Shown here: positions 26,731 through 34,176 of the stretch, piece after piece
How the letters are laid out: each line of letters opens with the position of its first letter
Numbering within the stretch: the stretch's first letter is position 1
IMG/VR virus record: IMGVR_UViG_3300032053_000004
Location: 1-64,000 of that record
Reading direction: 5' to 3' (one strand)
From: a virus
Lineage: Duplodnaviria; Caudoviricetes
Length of the DNA stretch: 64,000 nucleotides
Position numbers and translations under genes: made by a program
The notes under the pieces: generated by a model
Told to the model about the DNA's origin: nothing
Seen by the model: only the letters and a program-made list of their open reading frames with translations
Database searches by the model: none

Positions 26731-26904
26731 ATGCCCAATGACCGAGAAGACTACGAGGCCATGCGTTTCGAGGATCTGACTGAGGACGCGCTGCAGCAGG
26801 ACGCCTGCGAGCAGTACCGCGAAGACTTCGAACAGGAGGACGATTTCGAGGAGGAGGACCGCGAGCCCTCCGACTACGACGAGTTCTTGGAGGCCCAGCT
26901 CTGA
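26731..26904 (+). CDS. Small acidic hypothetical protein
   Basis: Promoter plus RBS; very D/E-rich. Confidence 0.7.
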   Translation: MPNDREDYEAMRFEDLTEDALQQDACEQYREDFEQEDDFEEEDREPSDYDEFLEAQL

Positions 26905-26953
26905 GATAGGCTGGCCCGGGGAGGACTGCCAACTCCCCGGGCGCAAAGAGTGT

Positions 26954-27082
26954 TTCGGTTTTGAAGGCTGTCGGCACGCCAGTGGGACGTACGTCCACGC
27001 CCTGAAAGGGGAGAGTGCTTACGCGAGGTGAAGCTAGCTTCGCGCACTCCCGAAAGGGAGGCCGACAGCCTTCAAAACCGAA
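26954..27082. other. Multi-hairpin element closed by 22-bp perfect inverted repeat
   Basis: TTCGGTTTTGAAGGCTGTCGGC...GCCGACAGCCTTCAAAACCGAA enclosing hairpins, two with GAAA loops. Confidence 0.8.
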
Positions 27083-27435
27083 GGTACATATAGATTTAAC
27101 GAATATATGCCCTATACTCGTGTCACAAAGAATCTCGGGACGGGCCCGTCCTGTGACAAAAATTGTATATACCAAATCTTTAAAAGATATAGGGTATAAC
27201 TCAGCAATGTTGACTTAGTCATCAACGAAATTATGTCACCACACAATACAATTTGTGCCAGGTCTGACGTCCGGCGCGAATTGTCTCAAAAACAATTTAC
27301 CTGTCACTCGAGGACATAAATAAAGTTGTTCGTTGATATATGGCATATATCAACTTTAGAAATTTGACCGACGGGTCAACTAAATTATAAGAGCTGTCAG
27401 GTGATAACTTGTTCGCACGTCCCCGCGTACGAGAG

Positions 27436-27696
27436 TTATATCCAGGAAGACAACTCACGAGAGACCTGGACGTGGGTCTCCTCGTTCTCAGGACGAACCG
27501 AGACGTTTTTGAAGCCATGCTTTTTGAAGGTCCTGGCGTATCTCCACGCATCAAGTTCGCACCGAGCAGTTGCCATAACCCCTCCCCCAGAACCGTCTGG
27601 GTAGAAAGCCACGATAACGTGGGATGCCTCTTCGTAAGGCACCCAAGACTCGTAGATCGCTGCAAGTTCTCGATGAATTTTAGTCGTAACTTTCAA
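27436..27696 (-). CDS. Hypothetical protein
   Basis: GTG start after AGG; plausible but unsupported by homology. Confidence 0.4.
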   Translation of the reverse strand: MKVTTKIHRELAAIYESWVPYEEASHVIVAFYPDGSGGGVMATARCELDAWRYARTFKKHGFKNVSVRPENEETHVQVSRELSSWI

Positions 27697-27809
27697 GGGG
27701 ATCCTCCTTTGAAGGATATACTTCTTTCCGTTTAGGCGAAAGACGCCGCGAACAGGCCGAGGGGAGGGCCGCGATGGGGCCCCCCCCCCCCCCCCCCCCC
27801 CCGCTCAGG

Positions 27810-28166
27810 TCAGCCTGCCGAGAAGACCTCAGCCACGGCCTTCAGCTCGGGGTTGTTCTGGATGGCCTCCTGGCGGAAGTGGCTCGCCAGCTGCTTGCTG
27901 TAGTGCGAGACCATCTCCTGCAGGCGGGCCACCTCGTTCGGCTCCAGCTCCTCGCCCTGAGAGAGCTTGTCCGTGAGCTTCGTGCCGTTCACGGCGTGCG
28001 AAGACATCCAGCCCGCCCGGTTCTTCACGACCGTCTGCTTCGTCTCGTGCTCGAAGGCCGTCTGCCTCGACGACATGATCTGCGCGCACTCCATCGCGAA
28101 GCCCACGTCTTCGAGGATGAGGGTCTTGATGGCGGCCTTGGACTGAAAGGGATAGAGAATGCCCAT
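27810..28166 (-). CDS. Four-copy paralog family protein, copy 2
   Basis: MGILYPFQSK...RQTAFEHE...SHYSKQLASHFR; AGGAG RBS. Confidence 0.85.
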   Translation of the reverse strand: MGILYPFQSKAAIKTLILEDVGFAMECAQIMSSRQTAFEHETKQTVVKNRAGWMSSHAVNGTKLTDKLSQGEELEPNEVARLQEMVSHYSKQLASHFRQEAIQNNPELKAVAEVFSAG

Positions 28167-28269
28167 TTGAGTAACTCCTGCGTAAACGGCCTTGGGGGCC
28201 GGGGTGTCGGAGAGAGAGCCGCGCCGGGCACCACGCCCGTCGCAAGCCCGCCCGCCGCGCCCATCACCC

Positions 28270-28301
28270 GATACGCGCCCAGGGGCCCGATTTCCGGCGG
28301 C
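28270..28301 (-). promoter_or_regulatory. Repeated early-type promoter
   Basis: CCGGAAATCG...CGTATC. Confidence 0.7.
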
Positions 28302-28338
28302 TCGTCCCGGCCCGTGTCTTTTGAAGCATGGTTCCCAT

Positions 28339-28370
28339 AAAGCCGCAGGTTTTGGGTTCCGCCTCGTATC
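28339..28370 (+). promoter_or_regulatory. Repeated early-type promoter, leaderless
   Basis: AAAGCCGCAGG...CGTATC-N7-ATG. Confidence 0.8.
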
Positions 28371-28377
28371 CGCCCGC

Positions 28378-28641
28378 ATGGAGAAAACGAAGGTCGAGTG
28401 GAGCTTGGTGTCCGAAGACTACGAAGGCCGTTCCGACTACTCGGTGCTCCGGCTCTCTGAGGACCGTAAACGGGTCCTTGCCGAGTGTAACGGTGCGGGA
28501 GAGTGGTGGGACCTTGAAGGCGAGCCGGTTCTGAACGACTCGTTCGAGGAACCAGAGTACCCGGTTTGTCCCGACGACCACTTCTCTGTTGACGAAGTCT
28601 GTCGTTCCGCGTTTGGTGTTGGAGTGAAAAAGAAGGTCTGA
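28378..28641 (+). CDS. Acidic hypothetical protein
   Basis: Leaderless start. Confidence 0.7.
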   Translation: MEKTKVEWSLVSEDYEGRSDYSVLRLSEDRKRVLAECNGAGEWWDLEGEPVLNDSFEEPEYPVCPDDHFSVDEVCRSAFGVGVKKKV

Positions 28642-28662
28642 CGCGAAGGGGACTGACTCTAA

Positions 28663-28710
28663 AAGAGACAGAAGCCGGGGCTAAAAAAACCGCCCCGGCT
28701 TCTGTCTCTT
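28663..28710. terminator. Hairpin between cassettes
   Basis: AAGAGACAGAAGCCGGGGC/GCCCCGGCTTCTGTCTCTT. Confidence 0.65.
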
Positions 28711-28726
28711 GAAGCAGGGTTCCCAT

Positions 28727-28758
28727 AAAGCCGCAAACTCACGGTCTGCCCGCGTATC
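28727..28758 (+). promoter_or_regulatory. Repeated early-type promoter
   Basis: AAAGCCGCAAA...CGTATC. Confidence 0.8.
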
Positions 28759-28772
28759 GGGTGTTGGGCGCA

Positions 28773-28979
28773 ATGAACGTTAGGAGTCCGTCTATGAAAT
28801 TCGGCTACATGATTATCGACAATTGCCTCTCGGTTTACGTAGGACGGTTCGGATTCACCACCGGACCAGTGTTCTTGACGCTGGATCATGATGGCGATAT
28901 TGCTTTCCAAATTGGAAAGCAAATCAACCCGATGAGTGACTATTCGAAGGAATGGCATTCCCGTCCAACGGCCATCTGA
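28773..28979 (+). CDS. Small hypothetical protein
   Basis: Promoter-driven; start may be ATG ~28795 after AGGAG. Confidence 0.55.
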   Translation: MNVRSPSMKFGYMIIDNCLSVYVGRFGFTTGPVFLTLDHDGDIAFQIGKQINPMSDYSKEWHSRPTAI

Positions 28980-28982
28980 AAA

Positions 28983-29012
28983 ATGGGGACGGGGTTCGAA
29001 CCCCGTCCCCAT
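28983..29012. repeat. 30-bp perfect palindrome abutting promoter
   Basis: ATGGGGACGGGGTTCGAACCCCGTCCCCAT. Confidence 0.9.
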
Positions 29013-29044
29013 AAAGCCGCAGACTCACGGTCTGCTCGCGTATC
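29013..29044 (+). promoter_or_regulatory. Repeated early-type promoter
   Basis: AAAGCCGCAGA...CGTATC-N7-GGAG. Confidence 0.8.
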
Positions 29045-29065
29045 GGACAGTGGAGATTACGAACA

Positions 29066-29239
29066 ATGAAACTCATCCTCGCTCTCGTTCTTTCGGTGGC
29101 CGTCTACGTCGCTCTCGGCGCCGTGGTGCCTTTCACGGGCAAGACCGCGCTGGTCATCACCCTGCTCGGAAGCCTCGGGGCTTTCACGTACAAGGGCGTC
29201 GTGGCTTTCGTCGCGTTCGCCGGGCTTTCTCGGGGATAA
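29066..29239 (+). CDS. Small hydrophobic membrane protein (57 aa; not in ORF track)
   Basis: MKLILALVLSVAVYVALGAVVPFTGKTALVITLLGSLGAFTYKGVVAFVAFAGLSRG. Confidence 0.7.
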   Translation: MKLILALVLSVAVYVALGAVVPFTGKTALVITLLGSLGAFTYKGVVAFVAFAGLSRG

Positions 29240-29283
29240 CCCATAAAGCCGCAGGTGCCCGGTCCGGTCGCGTAGAGTGAGGC

Positions 29284-29377
29284 GTTCGATCTGTGGTCGA
29301 CGCCGAAGAGGGCTGAGGTATAGGGTATATTTGTGCTAACTACCCTATACCTGCGCTAGCCCAAGGCGTGAACGCTT
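29284..29377 (+). repeat. ~95-bp direct repeat, copy 1 (12-bp inverted arms, spacer orientation A)
   Basis: AGGTATAGGGTA-TATTTGTGCTAAC-TACCCTATACCT. Confidence 0.95.
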
Positions 29378-29433
29378 ACGCCCAGGGTGGCGTTCGCATA
29401 TGTCATATTTCTTTAACGACGGAGGGACGCTGA

Positions 29434-29823
29434 ATGGCAAAAGATCCTGAATTGTTTAAGCCCAAGCCGGACGACTGGCTCGAACACGGACACAGAGGGA
29501 GGTTGCACGTAGACGATGCGGACGTGGCCATGGTCATAATAGAAGAAATCGCCCATCCGTACCCGTGGCAGGTCGGCGGCCGGCACAGCGATACCGGGCT
29601 CTATAATCATCAGAGTGTCGAGGAGGCTGGAGAGAGACTGCGGAGGCAACAGATCGATCGTGCCGCTGTGTGGATCGCAGAGCGAAACGCTTGCAGGATG
29701 GAGCACAGAGCCAAATGGCGAGCCACTGGGCTCTATTTATACGGACACTGTGCATGCTCGGAAGGTGGGCGCGTGCGGCATCCGCGCGGAGTCCATTGCG
29801 GCAAGTATTGGTATAAGTGGTAA
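29434..29823 (+). CDS. Hypothetical protein (C-terminal Cys/His cluster)
   Basis: GGAGG RBS; lies between the two repeat copies. Confidence 0.65.
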   Translation: MAKDPELFKPKPDDWLEHGHRGRLHVDDADVAMVIIEEIAHPYPWQVGGRHSDTGLYNHQSVEEAGERLRRQQIDRAAVWIAERNACRMEHRAKWRATGLYLYGHCACSEGGRVRHPRGVHCGKYWYKW

Positions 29824-29870
29824 ATCGCCAAGCCCATCGAAGCGTTCGGCTGGAGAGTGAGGAGGCGGAC

Positions 29871-29973
29871 GTTCGATCTGTGGTCGACGCCGAAGAGGTT
29901 GTCGAGGGCTGAGGTATAGGGTAGTTAGCACAAATATACCCTATACCTGCGCTAGCCCAAGGCGTGAACGCTT
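29871..29973 (+). repeat. ~100-bp direct repeat, copy 2 (spacer inverted)
   Basis: AGGTATAGGGTA-GTTAGCACAAATA-TACCCTATACCT. Confidence 0.95.
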
Positions 29974-29989
29974 CAAAGCGTCGCGTATC
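29958..29989 (+). promoter_or_regulatory. Repeated early-type promoter, leaderless
   Basis: CGTATC-N7-ATG. Confidence 0.65.
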
Positions 29990-29996
29990 CCCGAGC

Positions 29997-30071
29997 ATGA
30001 ACAGAACCCGAGAGTTTTTGAGTCTTCTTGGCTGGTTGGGTTTGCTTTTCGCAGTGATCACTCATCATTGA
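29997..30071 (+). CDS. 24-aa hydrophobic micropeptide
   Basis: MNRTREFLSLLGWLGLLFAVITHH; paralog at 31613. Confidence 0.6.
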   Translation: MNRTREFLSLLGWLGLLFAVITHH

Positions 30072-30398
30072 AGAGCCGGGCAGCGTGCCCGGCTCTAACG
30101 CATATACCATATAGATCTAAAGCAAATATATGGTATATTTCAAAGCCCATGGAAGCCCCGAAGAGGGCTCTATCAAGGGGGAGGGCTACTTAGATAGCCC
30201 TCAGGTCCTTCAAAGGCCAGGGAAGTACCAAGGAAGGGAAGGACGGGGTTCAGAAGAGGATAACGCCTATCAAAGGCTGGATATGAATTATCTTTGAAAA
30301 ATATATACCATATATTTAAAATCCAGCTCTTGAAAACGATTATGTGAATACAGTCTTTGGGAGCCCAGGGTGGCCCAAGCTCCCAAAGACACTTCTTC

Positions 30399-30563
30399 TC
30401 AAGTCCTCAGCTGGTCGCGGATTTCCTTTCGAGCGCCGTGACGAACCCGCGTTTCCCATGCCTTCTCCTCAGCGTTGTACTTGCGCTTGGAGCGCGAACT
30501 GTGGCGTTGAACGCAGATCTTGCCGAGATGTTCCTGACCTTGAGCTTTACGACCCACTTGCAT
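30399..30563 (-). CDS. 54-aa basic protein, copy 1
   Basis: MQVGRKAQGQE...ARKEIRDQLRT; GGAGG RBS; paralog at 31886. Confidence 0.75.
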   Translation of the reverse strand: MQVGRKAQGQEHLGKICVQRHSSRSKRKYNAEEKAWETRVRHGARKEIRDQLRT

Positions 30564-30736
30564 TTGCACCTCCAAAAGCCCGATATGCAGATCGAGCAAC
30601 AATTCACGGTTTTGATTTAGACCACGTTTCACGTGAAACGTTCAGGGTACAGATCCGCCCCTCCGGACGTTAGACGTCGGATAAGCCGAGAGGGCCCCCG
30701 GACAAGCCGGGGGCCCTCGATCTCAGGGCCGGGGTC

Positions 30737-31114
30737 TCAGCCCGCCGAGAAGACGACCCGTGTGGACCACGCCCTCTCCGCGATCGCCTTCAGGTCCGGG
30801 TTGGCCTTGATGGCCTCGACCCGGAAGTGCGACGCCAGCTGCTTGCTGTAGTGCGACGTCATGTCCTGCAGGCGCGCGATCTCGTGAGGCTCGAGCTCCT
30901 CACCGGCTCGGAGCTTGTTCGTGGCGGTCGTGCCGAAGACCGCGTGGCTGCACGACCAGCCCCGGCGGTTCTTGTTCACGGTCGTCTTCGCCTCCTGCTC
31001 ATACTCGGTCTGGCGCGACGTCATGATCTGCGCGCACTCCATCGCGAAGGACACGTCGTTGACGATGCGGGTCTTGATGTCGGACTTGGAGAGGAAGGGG
31101 TAGAGGTTGGCCAT
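30737..31114 (-). CDS. Four-copy paralog family protein, copy 3
   Basis: MANLYPFLSK...; C-terminus carries a small insertion relative to copies 2 and 4. Confidence 0.85.
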   Translation of the reverse strand: MANLYPFLSKSDIKTRIVNDVSFAMECAQIMTSRQTEYEQEAKTTVNKNRRGWSCSHAVFGTTATNKLRAGEELEPHEIARLQDMTSHYSKQLASHFRVEAIKANPDLKAIAERAWSTRVVFSAG

Positions 31115-31573
31115 GTTGTAAGTGCTCCTTGTAACGCCCGGTACGAACCGGGGGGCTCGATCTCCGCGCTGCGTCGTCGGCCCATCCGCCGTCGCAGCGC
31201 TCGGTGTCGCGCCCAATCCCCGATACGCGGGCAGGGGGCCGATCTACGAAACGACGCGGCGCGTCACGAGCAGGCCGGAAGTCCGAGTGCCGACCGCGTA
31301 TCGGGCCCTGATGATCAAGCCACCTGATTGAAAGTGAGTATACCATAATCTGAAGAGATATATGGTATACTCAAGCCGCAGATCTGCCCACCCTCGCTGT
31401 ATCGGTGAGTGCGCTAATGAAGCAAACCACGCGGGTGATGCCCGCTCCCCTCATAACCCAAGTAACCCAAGCCACCCAGGCGGATGACGGCCCCTAAGGC
31501 CCGACGCAATAGGGATCGCTTGGGTTTCGGCATATATGCCTAATCTTTAAAAAATATACCCTATACCTGAACA

Positions 31574-31605
31574 AAAGTCGTCAGCGCTTCAAAACGTCGC
31601 GTATC
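31574..31605 (+). promoter_or_regulatory. Repeated early-type promoter, leaderless
   Basis: CGTATC-N7-ATG; paralogous to 29958. Confidence 0.65.
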
Positions 31606-31612
31606 CCCGGGT

Positions 31613-31705
31613 ATGAACGACGAAACCCAGGAATTCGTGGCACTTCTCGGGTGGGTATGCCTTCTTTTCGTATTGGTCATGCGTGCGAACAACATTATGC
31701 CATAA
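31613..31705 (+). CDS. 30-aa hydrophobic micropeptide
   Basis: MNDETQEFVALLGWVCLLFVLVMRANNIMP. Confidence 0.6.
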   Translation: MNDETQEFVALLGWVCLLFVLVMRANNIMP

Positions 31706-31885
31706 TCTTTAAACAGGTATATGGCATACCCGAAAGCCTGAGTAAAATTTCAGGCTGAAAAGACATACGGTACCTTAAAATTGTATGCCATATATTTGGT
31801 AGACAATCTTTAAAACTGGATAAGCATTCTGGGAGTTCCAGGTTTTATCCCAGAACTCCCAGATTTTCGATTTTGAGAGGGATCT

Positions 31886-32050
31886 TTATGCCCTCAACTG
31901 GTCGCGAATTTCCTTCCGAGCGGACCTGCGCACCTTGGTCTCGAAGACCTTCTCCTGGGCGTTGAGCCCTCGCTTGGCGGACCGCCCGTGGCGAATCACG
32001 CACATCTTGCCGTATTGCTCTTGACCCTGCGCTCTTGACCCAACTTGCAT
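31886..32050 (-). CDS. 54-aa basic protein, copy 2 (not in ORF track)
   Basis: MQVGSRAQGQE...ARKEIRDQLRA; promoter-N7-GGAGG. Confidence 0.75.
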   Translation of the reverse strand: MQVGSRAQGQEQYGKMCVIRHGRSAKRGLNAQEKVFETKVRRSARKEIRDQLRA

Positions 32051-32068
32051 CAATCACCTCCAACACCC

Positions 32069-32100
32069 GATACGCGATCGGGCAAACGGGTTACGTGTTC
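32069..32100 (-). promoter_or_regulatory. Repeated early-type promoter
   Basis: CGTATC-N7-GGAGG. Confidence 0.7.
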
Positions 32101-32222
32101 ACGGGGAGATGGGGATACCGGGCTGTTTCAAGTGAAACATAGATCTCCCCTTTGAAGTTCAGACTCCGGATACGCCGATGGGGCACCCCGGCTGTCCGGG
32201 GTGCCCCATCCTCAGCGCGGGG

Positions 32223-32585
32223 TCAGCCCGCCGAGAAGACGTCCGCGATCGCCTTCAGCTCGGGGTTGGCCTCGATGGCCTCGGCCCGGAAGTGGCTCGC
32301 CAGCTGCTTCGAGTAGTGGCTCACCATATCCTGGAGCTTCGCGATCTCGTTCGGCTCCAGGGCGTCGCGGCCTTCGGCCTGGAGCTTGTCAGTGAGCTTC
32401 GTGCCGTTCACGGCGTGCGAGGACATCCAGCCCCGGCGGTTCTTGTTGACGGTGGTCTTCGTCTCGTGCTCGTAGTCGGTCTGGCGCGACGTCATGATGA
32501 CGGCGCAGGCGAGCGCGAACTCGGCGTTTTCAAAGATGCGGGTCTTGATCTGGGACTTGGAGAGGAAGGGGTAGAGGTTGGCCAT
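32223..32585 (-). CDS. Four-copy paralog family protein, copy 4
   Basis: MANLYPFLSK...ADVFSAG; AGGAG RBS. Confidence 0.85.
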   Translation of the reverse strand: MANLYPFLSKSQIKTRIFENAEFALACAVIMTSRQTDYEHETKTTVNKNRRGWMSSHAVNGTKLTDKLQAEGRDALEPNEIAKLQDMVSHYSKQLASHFRAEAIEANPELKAIADVFSAG

Positions 32586-32792
32586 GTTGTAAATGCTCCT
32601 GATATTCAGACAGTCGGTGCCAGTGTGGTCGCAGCGGCCCATCCGCCGCGATCCCACCGCCCAGCCCCCGATACGCCATCGGGGGCCCGATCTCCGCGCG
32701 GGGGGCGTCGCGGCATCACCGCATCCGACCACCGCGCGCATCACCTGATACGCGCCCAGGGGCCCGATCTCCGAAATGACGCGACGCGTCAC

Positions 32793-32824
32793 GACCCCGG
32801 AAGTCTGGGTGCTGCTCGCGTATT
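32793..32824 (+). promoter_or_regulatory. Repeated early-type promoter (CGTATT), leaderless
   Basis: CCGGAAGT...CGTATT-N7-ATG. Confidence 0.7.
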
Positions 32825-32831
32825 CGGTGGC

Positions 32832-33122
32832 ATGATCAAGCCCATTCTGACTCTCGCGTTCTTCGTCTCGGGCGCTGCTCTCCTTGCAGTCGCGCTGCAA
32901 CGGCCGACTTCCGCTCCTCCGGTCGCGAGCGGTGACGTCGTGCTCGGTCCCGTCGCGGTCTCGCCTGTGGTTCTGCCCGAGACGGTCGTCGTGGCGTCTC
33001 CTCGCCTCGCCGTGGCGTCTCCTCGCCGCGAGCGGCCTGCGACCCGTCGCGAGTTCACGCGGCCTCTCGAGCCCTGCTGGACGCCGGCCGGAAGTGTCCG
33101 CGTCTGGGACACCCAGCTGTAA
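32832..33122 (+). CDS. Signal-peptide/TM-anchored Pro/Val-rich protein
   Basis: MIKPILTLAFFVSGAALLAVAL...; truncated paralog start (MIKP) at ~31311. Confidence 0.65.
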   Translation: MIKPILTLAFFVSGAALLAVALQRPTSAPPVASGDVVLGPVAVSPVVLPETVVVASPRLAVASPRRERPATRREFTRPLEPCWTPAGSVRVWDTQL

Positions 33123-33352
33123 ATCCACGTCTTCCGCCCGTACCGGGACCTGCCCATCGGGTCCCGGTACGGGAACCCCGTAAATCGGGGGTGGGGTGGA
33201 GTATAGGGGGTATGGTATACCATATAGGGTATAGGGTATGATAGGGATGGGGGCGTAAATCGGGTGAATTTCTTCGTATGGGGAACCGCATGCATACGGA
33301 AAAAAATATATTTCGACCCGTTTGTATACCGATTCAATTTTTGCGGTCTCGT

Positions 33353-33468
33353 TTCCGTTTTTAGATATATATGCCATTTTGAAAAATTTTGAAAAGTTCC
33401 GTTTTTAGATATATCTATCTATATGCCATTTGTTGAAGAAAGGTTTTTTGAAAGTTCCGTTTTTAGAT
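33353..33468 (+). repeat. Three iteron-like direct repeats TTCCGTTTTTAGAT
   Basis: Copies at 33353, 33397, 33455, at the GC-to-AT compositional junction. Confidence 0.85.
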
Positions 33469-33522
33469 GTATACATATAAAATAAACCTTTTTGTGAGAG
33501 AAAACTTCATTTCCAAAATTTT

Positions 33523-33906
33523 TTGGGTCCCTTCCACATAAATTTATTATTTCTTGTTAGAATCGTGAAATACTGGAAGGTTCTCGATGGGAAATGGACC
33601 ACTGACGATTTAAATATTAAAACAAGTTCAGAATCTAAATTCCATAGAATTTCTATCCGTGTTCTTAACAAATTGAGATGGGACTATCCCACACTCAAAA
33701 AAACCTATGATGAGTTAAATAAAAAATTATCTGACGAAATAATTAATTTAGGTGATGAAGAATATGAAATTCATAAAAAATGGCATGATGGAGAACTCAA
33801 AAAGGGCGACGCTGGGGATTGGTTGGAGCCTGAAATTAAGGAATTGATGACAAAAGCTGGTTGGGATTTTGAAGAGTTTTGTGAGGAATCTGAACGAGAG
33901 TCATAA
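33523..33906 (+). CDS. Hypothetical protein (start uncertain)
   Basis: First AT-rich ORF after junction. Confidence 0.5.
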   Translation: MGPFHINLLFLVRIVKYWKVLDGKWTTDDLNIKTSSESKFHRISIRVLNKLRWDYPTLKKTYDELNKKLSDEIINLGDEEYEIHKKWHDGELKKGDAGDWLEPEIKELMTKAGWDFEEFCEESERES

Positions 33907-34176
33907 ATGTTGAATCTTTCTAAAATTGCCTCTCGCGTTGCTATACTCACTGAACCTAAAACTTGTGACGGTTGCGGTTTCCCCGCCCGTTCTTCTTTAA
34001 TTTTGAATTCTCAGGGCGACGCCTCAATTTGCCCTATGTGTTCCGATATTGAAAATTTCCATAAAACTGGAGAACGTGAACCTACCCAATGTCCTCTTTC
34101 CTTGGTGCCCGGTTCCAAGAGTACTTCGGCCTCACCCACGATGACACCAGCTACGCCGGCAATGTCCTGGCCCTGA
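33907..34176 (+). CDS. N-terminal-motif protein with CxxC pairs, probably truncated by a GC-rich insert
   Basis: MLNLSKIASRVA...CDGC...CPMC. Confidence 0.55.
   Translation: MLNLSKIASRVAILTEPKTCDGCGFPARSSLILNSQGDASICPMCSDIENFHKTGEREPTQCPLSLVPGSKSTSASPTMTPATPAMSWP

Noticed and set aside
27780-27802. 23-nt poly-C run (and poly-G run near 19410)
   Set aside because: Homopolymers just after stop codons; likely terminator stems with uncertain length or sequencing artefacts, and no gene is phase-switched by them.
32178-33377. 384-aa ORF 32223..33377 and 314-aa ORF 32178..33122 as single genes
   Set aside because: Paralog alignment, RBS and promoter positions put the true starts at 32585 (-) and 32832 (+); the extensions run through repeats and promoters.
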